A stretch of DNA of 64,000 nt from Polyangiales bacterium (GTDB lineage: Bacteria > Myxococcota_A > Polyangia > Polyangiales > Ga0077539). This document shows positions 30,724 to 38,398 of this stretch, one piece after another. The notes under the pieces were generated by a model. It worked only from the letters and a program-made list of their open reading frames with translations. It did no database searches and had not been told where the DNA came from. The first letter of the stretch is position 1. The number at the start of each line of letters is the position of its first letter. The position numbers and the translations under genes are program-made. The stretch spans positions 88,188 to 152,187 of the forward strand of contig JBGARZ010000023.1 of the NCBI GenBank assembly GCA_044229975.1. The letters run 5' to 3'.

Positions 30724-31002
30724 ATGTCAATCTACTATGTTTCGGCGATCAAAAAGACGTCGTCGGGTGGCATCGATCAACTCCAAACCGCCCTGCTGGA
30801 CACTATGGCAAACCGTCTGGGGCAGTGGCAGTGGGTTGCCGTCCAAGTGGTGAAAAAATCCATTGTCGATGGACATCAGTTCTTCACGAGCAAGCAGACC
30901 CCCGAGGGATGGGTGCGCGGCGCGCTCGTCGAGATCCACCTGACTACCCATGCCGACAAGGACATTGCTGACAACCTTCGCAGCTTGCCCGTCGTTCCAT
31001 AG
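30724..31002 (+). CDS. DUF3892-family small protein
   Basis: YYVSAIK start, I..G..FFT, LTTHAD...DNLRSLP C-terminus. Confidence 0.75.
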   Translation: MSIYYVSAIKKTSSGGIDQLQTALLDTMANRLGQWQWVAVQVVKKSIVDGHQFFTSKQTPEGWVRGALVEIHLTTHADKDIADNLRSLPVVP

Positions 31003-31158
31003 CGCCTGACGTTGCGCCCTGGCGATCTACGCTAAGCTACCCGTCGAAAACACTTCCTCCACTCGCTCCAACGCTCTGTCTGCTAGGCGTTTGCGTGCGG
31101 AGGCGTGGGCATGAGACGCGTGGTTTGGCGTCCCGACCTGGGAAACCCGGCCACTTCG

Positions 31159-32061
31159 TTACGAAGCCGACCGACCGCCGAAGCGCTGGGCCAACGGTTG
31201 GAGCACATCGGCCAGGAACTGCTGGCCCGTCGCGCGAAGGTTCTCCATCGTGACGCCCTTGCCGGCGAGCAGCCCCACGTCTACGGCGTAATGCGCTTCA
31301 TCGAGGGCGAGGTCGTCCTCGAGCAGCGCCCGAAGCCCGTCCCCGGCGGAGAGACTCAACCGAGAAGACTCCTCTGGAAACCTCTCCCGAAGTGCCTCTC
31401 CCCAGCTCTGCACCCACGCCTCCGTGCCGCGGCGGCTCGTGAGCCACGCCAGCGCGAGCACGCGCCCGAGATCCTTCGCGGACCGCAGGATGGTCCGGTT
31501 CCCGATCGGGCTGCTCATCTTCTTCGTACCGATTTTCGGGTGGGCCAGCAGGTTCGCGAGGGCCAGCATTTCGGGCGCCGCGTAGTGCAGGCCGTTCTCC
31601 GCCTGCTTCCAGTCGCGCCCGGTCAGGCCAAGGTAGCGGAAGCTCGGGAGGCAGTACCAACCGTCGCTCAACTGGAACGGGATCCACCTCACGGCCTCCT
31701 TCTGCCCGACGTCCGGGAAGGCGAGGAGCTCGATGAAGTACGCTTCCGTGCTGGGCGGGTTCAGGCGGATCGCCCGCAGCTCGGTGTCCGGCTCGGGCCG
31801 CTCCCTGGGGCTGCAATCGTCCCGGCGCCTCCAGCCGTCCGAGAGCAGCTGGGTTGCGATGGCTTGGCACTCCGTCAAGGCGCCGGCCGGGTGGATCACG
31901 CAGTCGGCGTCCTTGGTGGCGATGCCGTCGCGGTGGATGGCGTCGCGGAAGTGGTAGGCGGCCGCGAGGCTGCCGACCACGAGGACGTGGGGCCGGAGCT
32001 CGTCGGGCAAATCGTGGGCGATCATCTCGAAGAGCATCCGGGGGTCGAGGCGGTCAGACAT
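31159..32061 (-). CDS. Pol-beta-type nucleotidyltransferase, AbiEii/MenT-like toxin
   Basis: VVGSLAA..TKDAD, PEMLALANL and RSAKDL motifs; overlaps the partner gene's stop. Confidence 0.72.
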   Translation of the reverse strand: MSDRLDPRMLFEMIAHDLPDELRPHVLVVGSLAAAYHFRDAIHRDGIATKDADCVIHPAGALTECQAIATQLLSDGWRRRDDCSPRERPEPDTELRAIRLNPPSTEAYFIELLAFPDVGQKEAVRWIPFQLSDGWYCLPSFRYLGLTGRDWKQAENGLHYAAPEMLALANLLAHPKIGTKKMSSPIGNRTILRSAKDLGRVLALAWLTSRRGTEAWVQSWGEALRERFPEESSRLSLSAGDGLRALLEDDLALDEAHYAVDVGLLAGKGVTMENLRATGQQFLADVLQPLAQRFGGRSAS

Positions 32062-33163
32062 GGTCGTCCCTCTTGCGCCGCAGCATCTGCACGAAGTCGT
32101 CGGCCTGCTCGGTGAGCCGAAGGTCGTAAAGGTCCAGCAGGACCTCCGCCGGACTGGCTAAGGGATAGGCCTCCCGGCGCCCCGACGGCTCGTCCGGCGC
32201 AGCGCGTCGGCGGTGGTGAACGACGAGGAGCGGCGACCGCTCCTGGAGGGTCGCAGGGCGCAGCGCCGGATCGAGGCGGGCGACCCACGACGACGCGTCC
32301 TGCTCCAGCGTGGTCACGTCCACGCGCGGGAGGCCGTTCAGGTCGAAGGTCGGCACGTACTGCCGCGCGGCGGCGACCCCGCCGACCGCGACGGACACTG
32401 GCGCCTTCGTGCCGACTCGCTGGAGGAGGTCCTCCGGGTCCGGGCGACGCCCCGAGCCATCGACGTAGCGCACCGTGCCGCGAAGGTGGTCCGCCAGCAC
32501 GAGGATCTCGCCCAGAGAGCCGCGCGGTAGCGAGCGGAGGCTCGCCTGGCGCGCGCTGGTCCGGGTCACCTCGTTGCGGTCCTCCAGGTGCCCTACCGTT
32601 GCCGCGACGGTCGGGGTGCTGCACCGCGAACGGCGAGCGATCTCGCTCATCAGAAGCGGCCCTTCGCGCCCGAGCCACGCGTCGAGGAGGACCATCCAGA
32701 CATCGAACGCCTTCGCTGTCCACGTCATCGTCTGGAGCGCGCGCCGCTTGTTCCAGGCGTCCGGGTCGAGAGAGATCCTCGCGCGCTGCGCCAGCCACCT
32801 GAGCTCCTCGTCATCCTGGGGGAGGGCCACTAAGCCCTCGGCCGAGAGAGCAACGAGCGCTAGGCGCTGTGACAGTTCCGGGCGGAGCGCGTCCAAGACG
32901 CGCCTCCATTCCTCTTCGATCCGTCCCAGGCTGATACGACCGACGTAGGCCACCAGGGTCATTCGCGCGAGCCCAGGCACGGCGCCGAGTTGAAGGGCGA
33001 GGTGGATCGCGGCGGCGTGGAAGTCACGAACACCGTGGAGGGCGGACTTGAGGACCAAGGCCTCCTGGCGATCAGAGCGGAGGAAGTCGTAGCCCTCATC
33101 ACTCCCTCTCGGGCTGGGCTCGTAATGTTTGGAGACGGCCGACGCGAAGGCGTCGAGTCGCAC
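32054..33163 (-). CDS. AbiEi-like antitoxin / wHTH regulator (start uncertain)
   Basis: HTH MSEIARRSRCSTPTVAATVGHLE, AVGGVAAA, C-terminal ASPAEVLLDL; upstream of the NTase. Confidence 0.65.
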   Translation of the reverse strand: MRLDAFASAVSKHYEPSPRGSDEGYDFLRSDRQEALVLKSALHGVRDFHAAAIHLALQLGAVPGLARMTLVAYVGRISLGRIEEEWRRVLDALRPELSQRLALVALSAEGLVALPQDDEELRWLAQRARISLDPDAWNKRRALQTMTWTAKAFDVWMVLLDAWLGREGPLLMSEIARRSRCSTPTVAATVGHLEDRNEVTRTSARQASLRSLPRGSLGEILVLADHLRGTVRYVDGSGRRPDPEDLLQRVGTKAPVSVAVGGVAAARQYVPTFDLNGLPRVDVTTLEQDASSWVARLDPALRPATLQERSPLLVVHHRRRAAPDEPSGRREAYPLASPAEVLLDLYDLRLTEQADDFVQMLRRKRDDHV

Positions 33164-33217
33164 TCTCAAGGGTGGGGGCGGGTCGAGAAAGTAGTGGCTA
33201 CCCACAGCGCTGCAGAA

Positions 33218-33264
33218 AGTCGCAACTCCTTTCAAAAGTTGCAACTACCTTTCGAGTTGCGACC
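33218..33264. promoter_or_regulatory. Symmetric triple operator
   Basis: AGTCGCAACT (33218-27), perfect palindrome AGTTGCAACT (33237-46), AGTTGCGACC (33255-64). Confidence 0.55.
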
Positions 33265-33296
33265 TCTGATCGGTTCTGGAGCTAGCGCTACCCAGA

Positions 33297-33324
33297 CGAA
33301 ACCGAAACGCTCCTTTCGGTTTCG
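33297..33324. repeat. Perfect 11-bp inverted repeat upstream of the recombinase
   Basis: CGAAACCGAAA-cgctcc-TTTCGGTTTCG. Confidence 0.8.
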
Positions 33325-33357
33325 CCCGACCCCCACCCCCGAGGTAGGGTCAGGCCC

Positions 33358-34245
33358 GTGGACATTCCCCCGAAGCGTGGCGGACGACCTCGGGGCAGCC
33401 GCTCTAAGGTCCGACCGACCGTCGCCCCCTCCCCGACCGGTCGGCCGCGGACTCGGGTGGTGGGCTACGTCCGGGTGAGCACCGAGCGTCAGGCCGATGA
33501 GGGGGTTTCTCTCGACGCCCAACGAGCGAAGCTCCGCGCCCACTGCACCGCCCTCGATCTCGATCTCGTGGCCATCGAGTCTGACGAAGGAGTCAGCGCC
33601 AAGACCCTCGACCGGCCCGCCCTCCAGCGCGCCCTCGCGGCCCTCCGCGACGGCCGAGCCGACGCGCTTCTCGTGCCCAAACTCGACCGCCTCACCCGCC
33701 GTGTGGTGGACCTGGGGCATCTCATCGAGAGCTACTTCGCCGAAGGACGCTGGGCCCTGGTCTCCGTCGCCGACCAGATCGACACCCGCACCGCCGCCGG
33801 CCGCATGACCCTCTTCATCCTGATGAGCGTCGCCCAGTGGGAGCGTGAGGCGATCGGCGAGCGCACCGCTGACGCCCTCGCGCACCTGCGGGCTGAGGGT
33901 GTTCCTCTCGGCCGCCCAGCGCTGGGCTGGCGGCACACCTCGGCGACTGACCCCGTCACAGGTCGTCGCGTGCTCGCCGCCGTGGAGGGAGAACAGGCGG
34001 CCGTCGCGCGAATCCGGGCGCTACGGACGGAGGGGTGGTCGTACGCGGCCATCGCGTGCCAGCTCGTCGCCGAGGGGCACCCCTCCCAGCGCGGGGGGCG
34101 GTGGCTGCCCAACACGGTGCGGCGGGTGTGGCTGCGCGGCGGGACGGAGTTGTCAGGGGACAGCGTAGGGCCGGTTGAGGTCAGGGCGGGGACACCTCCA
34201 TCGTGCGGAAAGATGGAAGGACGTCAAGAAGGAGTTCCTTCTTGA
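33358..34245 (+). CDS. Serine recombinase (resolvase domain plus short recombinase/HTH tail)
   Basis: GYVRVSTERQ, SLDAQ, DEGVSA..DRPAL, KLDRLTR, AQWEREAIGERT, RGGRW. Confidence 0.93.
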   Translation: MDIPPKRGGRPRGSRSKVRPTVAPSPTGRPRTRVVGYVRVSTERQADEGVSLDAQRAKLRAHCTALDLDLVAIESDEGVSAKTLDRPALQRALAALRDGRADALLVPKLDRLTRRVVDLGHLIESYFAEGRWALVSVADQIDTRTAAGRMTLFILMSVAQWEREAIGERTADALAHLRAEGVPLGRPALGWRHTSATDPVTGRRVLAAVEGEQAAVARIRALRTEGWSYAAIACQLVAEGHPSQRGGRWLPNTVRRVWLRGGTELSGDSVGPVEVRAGTPPSCGKMEGRQEGVPS

Positions 34246-34431
34246 CGGCATGCCCTGGGTCCAACGAACTCCTCCCATAGCCCCCCGCCTGTGAGCTCAG
34301 CGCCATCGATCGATGGCTCATGCGCGAGATGGGCACCCATCAGTTCCAAAGACTAGGGTGTCCAGACTGTCACGCTGTCTCGAGCTCCCTGACCCTCGCT
34401 GGCGAACGCGGGGGAGCTGCCGCCAGGAAAC

Positions 34432-34575
34432 CTGCCAGCCATCTTGCTAGTTGCCATCCTCCTGCCAGTGTTCCTTGCCATGCTCCTGGCATGGACTCTT
34501 CGCCAAGCTCTTCCCTGTGCTCCCAGCCAAGCTGCTCGCCGTATTCCTAGCCGACCTCCATGCTACGCTCCGTCA
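34432..34575. repeat. Degenerate 12-bp tandem repeat (about 11 units)
   Basis: ctcctgccagtg / ttccttgccatg / ctcttcgccaag / ctcttccctgtg / ctcccagccaag / ctgctcgccgta / ttcctagccgac / ctccatgctacg. Confidence 0.6.
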
Positions 34576-34618
34576 AGCTCCTGTTAGCTCCTACCCAGCG
34601 CCGGAAGGTACCATCCAG

Positions 34619-35287
34619 ATGCCAGCTGCTAGCACGTCGCCAACGCCGACCCCCGCTCGTGTTCGCCGCCAGCGTCCCCCGCCGGGCCCCCCCGTCGAGG
34701 TCTGGTTCTGGCGGATCCTTCCGAAGAAAGGGCGCGGCGAACACCGGACCCTCGCCGACCACGTCCAGTACGAGGGTTGGCAGGAACTCGGACGCCATCG
34801 CCCCCTCTCCGAGGGCCGCTACCGCGTCGAGTTCCGAGACGCCCGGTGCGCGATCGTTGAGGTGCGGTACATGAACGTCCCGGACCCGCGCTCTGGAGAG
34901 AAGCCGTACTTCACGACGGGCCGACACCGGCGGTCGCAACGAAAGGTCCCGCCGGCCCGTCCAGCATGGGAGCCACGCGCCGCATCGCCCTCTACCCCCA
35001 CGGCGCGCCCTGCGGCGACTCGGGCTCCCACGCCAGCTTCGGCAGCCGCCCTCCGGCCGCCCGTGACGGCCCTTCCCCAGGGCATGATGTGGCGGCTGCG
35101 GAACGGGAAGTGGGAGCATTTCAACCGTACCCAGGCCGTCCCCCCGAACTGTCACCCGGTTTGGCTCGCCGACTCGAAGCAAGTCGTCCTCGTCTACTCG
35201 ACCACGGGGACATGGCCGGGTCACGAGTGGGGCAAGCTCTCGAACGGCACGCCGGTTCTCGTTCCCCTCAAAGGATCGCGCAGGTGA
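34619..35287 (+). CDS. Hypothetical protein
   Basis: Trp-rich globular segments separated by a Pro/Ala linker; GAAGG RBS-like sequence. Confidence 0.5.
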   Translation: MPAASTSPTPTPARVRRQRPPPGPPVEVWFWRILPKKGRGEHRTLADHVQYEGWQELGRHRPLSEGRYRVEFRDARCAIVEVRYMNVPDPRSGEKPYFTTGRHRRSQRKVPPARPAWEPRAASPSTPTARPAATRAPTPASAAALRPPVTALPQGMMWRLRNGKWEHFNRTQAVPPNCHPVWLADSKQVVLVYSTTGTWPGHEWGKLSNGTPVLVPLKGSRR

Positions 35288-35403
35288 TCTCGCCGCACGC
35301 CTGACCAGGCTGCGTTCGACGCCCGAAGGAATGCGCTCCGACCGTTGGCGAACCGCCGAGACTCTGCGCGCTTCTCAAAGCCCGAGGCGGAGCCATTTTC
35401 TCT

Positions 35404-36336
35404 TCAACTCTCAGGCGGCTCCCGTCCCCCGGTCCGCAGTCGATAAACGTACCCTCCGCGGAAACCCTCGCGCACCAGGGCCCCGGCGTCGAACAAGCTC
35501 CGCACCACGTTGTGGAGCTCGTTCTTGCGCGGACGGAGTGAGCTGGCGCCAAGGACCTCGGCGATCTCAGTCGTCCGCAGTCCACCAGGGTTGGCCCGCA
35601 GGAGGAGGACCACAGCGCCGCGGACGTTGCGTTCGTGCTGGAGGGGCGGCGTGACCACCGCCGCCGCGGTCACGCGCGCCACGACCGCCGTCGCGGTGGA
35701 GGGCGCACCGCCCGGCGCGTCCGCGAGGTTGAGCAACGCGGACTCGACCTGCTGGGCCTTCCGAACCAGGCGACTTAGGCGGTCTTCAAGCTCCTGACGA
35801 AACTCGGCGACGCGACGGGCGAGCGGTAGCTCCTCCGCGGCAGCGTCCCCCGGAGGGTTGGTGTCGGCTCCGTTCGCCTGTGGCACCGCGATAGGTGGGC
35901 CAAGTGGGCTTGGGAGGGCGACCGGAAGATCCGCCCGGTCCGGTGCCTCGCTCGACACCTTCGAGAGCACCGCCTCGGCCGATCGAAACGCTTCGTCCAC
36001 GAAGTTCGCCGTGCCAGAGGCGCGCCCCTCGCCAGGAGGGTTCTTACGGGGACGTCCGCGCTTCGGCTGCGGGGGTGGGGCGGGGGCAAGGAGCGCGGCG
36101 ACGTCTACCTCCAACGCCTCGGCGATCCGGGTCAGGGTCGCTGCCGTCAGGTTGGTCGTGCCCGACTCGATCTGCCGATAGAGCCGCGGAGACAGGCGCC
36201 CCGCTCGCGCGGCGACCTCCTCCTGGGTCCACGGGTGCGCCGCGCGGATGCGTCGGACGTTGCTCGCGATGCGGCTCACCGTGTCGGCGTATTGGGCCGA
36301 GCGGTACCTCGCGCTTCCTGGCGCCTTGGGCTGCAC
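35404..36336 (-). CDS. XRE-family HTH protein with AT-hook and C-terminal wHTH
   Basis: RRIRAAHPWTQEEVAARAG..IESGTTNLT..L..IAEALEV; KRGRPRK; LRTTEIAEVLG..YVYRL. Confidence 0.8.
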   Translation of the reverse strand: MQPKAPGSARYRSAQYADTVSRIASNVRRIRAAHPWTQEEVAARAGRLSPRLYRQIESGTTNLTAATLTRIAEALEVDVAALLAPAPPPQPKRGRPRKNPPGEGRASGTANFVDEAFRSAEAVLSKVSSEAPDRADLPVALPSPLGPPIAVPQANGADTNPPGDAAAEELPLARRVAEFRQELEDRLSRLVRKAQQVESALLNLADAPGGAPSTATAVVARVTAAAVVTPPLQHERNVRGAVVLLLRANPGGLRTTEIAEVLGASSLRPRKNELHNVVRSLFDAGALVREGFRGGYVYRLRTGGREPPES

Positions 36337-36458
36337 AGGGGACGTTTTTCGAGACGTGCTCTTTGCTGAAAGTCACTTCTTCGCCTATAGACGTGCCGCG
36401 ATGGAAACCCTGGGAAGGATTCCAGTGACCCTCGCATCAGCCTGACAAGGAGGGACCC

Positions 36459-37307
36459 GTGTCGAAGCGATTGGTGGGGTTGGGGATGCTGTGCATGCTG
36501 CTGGGCGGGTGCTCGGGGGACGATTCGAGAACGGGGGACGACGGCGACGCCGGCTTCCCAGGCGACACGGGGGGAAACCCGTGCGCGGGCCGCGTATGTG
36601 GCGGCAACGGGGCGGGCGTCTCCTGCGGCAGCTGCAACGCTGGCTACAGCTGCACAGCGGCGGGGCAGTGCGTCGAGGACAACCCGGCGGTGATGTGCCG
36701 ATCCGAGTGCAGCAATCGGCAATGCGGCGCGGACCCCGGCCTGAACTGCTCGAACCGGTTCTGCGGTCCCAACGGCGGCGCGTGCCCGACGGGCACCGCC
36801 TGCATGTCAGGCCAGTGCGTCTGCACCCCTAACTGCGCGGGGCGGACGTGCGGTTCCGACGGCTGCGGTGGCACCTGCGCGCCGGGCTGTGGGCGAGGGT
36901 TCCAATGCGGCGGCGCGGGCACCTGTGACCTCGACCCCTCCTCGCGATGGGGGCTCACTGTCACCACGGGCGCCGTCGCCACCCAGGGTTCGGGAGGCGG
37001 CGCCTGGGACCCCTTCGGTGGCGCGCCCGACCCCCAGGTGTGCATCACCATCAGCGGCCGGCAGACCTGCACGCCCTACGCGAACGACAGCTTCTCCGCG
37101 GCGTGGAACTTCGCCTTCCCGGTCACCACCGCCGGGGTGCTCCAGGCCGGCGTGCTGACCTCCTACCTCGACTACGACAGCGGCACCGCCAACGACCGCA
37201 TCTGCGGCGACTACACGCTAGCCATCAACCGCGCGACCTTCGAGGCGGGCGGCACCACGGTGGGGTGCGGCGCCAGTGGGTGGACCTTCACGCTGAGGGC
37301 GCAGTAG
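36459..37307 (+). CDS. Cys-rich lipoprotein (myxobacterial Cys repeats plus C2-like C-terminal domain)
   Basis: LGGC lipobox; C.P.C.GR.CG.DGCGG.C repeats; WDPFGGAPDP. Confidence 0.75.
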   Translation: MSKRLVGLGMLCMLLGGCSGDDSRTGDDGDAGFPGDTGGNPCAGRVCGGNGAGVSCGSCNAGYSCTAAGQCVEDNPAVMCRSECSNRQCGADPGLNCSNRFCGPNGGACPTGTACMSGQCVCTPNCAGRTCGSDGCGGTCAPGCGRGFQCGGAGTCDLDPSSRWGLTVTTGAVATQGSGGGAWDPFGGAPDPQVCITISGRQTCTPYANDSFSAAWNFAFPVTTAGVLQAGVLTSYLDYDSGTANDRICGDYTLAINRATFEAGGTTVGCGASGWTFTLRAQ

Positions 37308-37364
37308 GCCGAGAAGCTTCTTCTCCTTCGCGAACTCGCGACGAGCCAGGCGTCAGCTTGCCGT

Positions 37365-37817
37365 TCATGCGCAGCGGTCACAGCGGCCCTTGATCTGGAC
37401 CTCCAGCGCGCCCCCATGGAGGGACCGCGGGAGCCCGCGGCCCCCGGAGACGCGGACGATGCCCGCCGGGAGGCACTCGACCTCGCCGCAGTCGCTGCAG
37501 ACGAAGTGGGGATGCTCCACGTCGGCGTGTTCGCTTCGCCCGGAGACCCCACGCAGCTCGAACCGCCAGACGTGATCCCCTACGTCCGTGCGCTGCAGGA
37601 GGCTTGCCTCGGTCAGGTCCATGAGGTTGCGGTAGAGGGTCACGCGGTCCCACCCGCGCGGCGCGAGCGCGGCAAATACCTGGGCGTGGGTCATCGGCGA
37701 TCGGGCCTGCTGGAGATGCTCCACCACCGCGACGCGCGAGGCCGTGACGCGCAAGCCCACAGCTCGAATCCGCTCGCGAACCTTGTCCGTCGTCAGTTTG
37801 CGGTGCGGAGGAGCCAT
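37365..37817 (-). CDS. Fur-family metal-dependent repressor
   Basis: GLRVTASR, TLYRNL, HPHFVCSDCG, CDRC. Confidence 0.9.
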   Translation of the reverse strand: MAPPHRKLTTDKVRERIRAVGLRVTASRVAVVEHLQQARSPMTHAQVFAALAPRGWDRVTLYRNLMDLTEASLLQRTDVGDHVWRFELRGVSGRSEHADVEHPHFVCSDCGEVECLPAGIVRVSGGRGLPRSLHGGALEVQIKGRCDRCA

Positions 37818-38029
37818 GGAGTCCATCTTGGTTTTGAGGGCGACAAGGACACGCCTCGTGCCCGTCTCAAACCCGAGCAGCTCGGGCTTCGGCACACGCT
37901 CATCTTGTAGCAGCGGCGGGAAGAAGACCGCGATCGCCCGCTTCTCTCTAGCTCGACGGACGGTGCCTCTCTCCAGTGCTCGTCGCACCAACGAGCGTGA
38001 TCACCTACCGCCGCGCCGAGCCGACAGCG

Positions 38030-38398
38030 TCACCCGTTCGGGGAGCGGGCGGCCTGAATCTTGGTCTCGAGGTCCGGCGGCACCGGCATGCGGGCCAGCG
38101 GGCTGACGTTGGCGCCGCCCGTGTTGCCGTGGGGCACCAGACCGATGGCGGTCTTCGTCGCGGCGCCGCCGATGCGCAGCAGCTGTCCCGCGCACTCCCG
38201 CACGTCCCCTCGCTTCAAGCCCCACAGGAACATGCGCCAGTGGACCCGAACGTGCTGTCTCGTCGAGGCCTGTCCCAGGACGTGAGCCCGCTCCAGGTGG
38301 GCGAACGCTTCGGCGGCTCGGCCGGCGGCGTTGGCCTCGTCCGCCGCGCGGAGTTCAGCATCGACGTGGGGGCGGATGTTGCGGCCGAAGGCGCTCAT
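38030..38398 (-). CDS. DUF3703-family protein
   Basis: HLERAHVLGQ..HVRVHWRM..GQLLR..GNTGGANVS..MPVP. Confidence 0.85.
   Translation of the reverse strand: MSAFGRNIRPHVDAELRAADEANAAGRAAEAFAHLERAHVLGQASTRQHVRVHWRMFLWGLKRGDVRECAGQLLRIGGAATKTAIGLVPHGNTGGANVSPLARMPVPPDLETKIQAARSPNG

Noticed and set aside
34432..34575. CRISPR array
   Set aside because: Units are 12 bp, degenerate and have no spacers; no cas genes in the window
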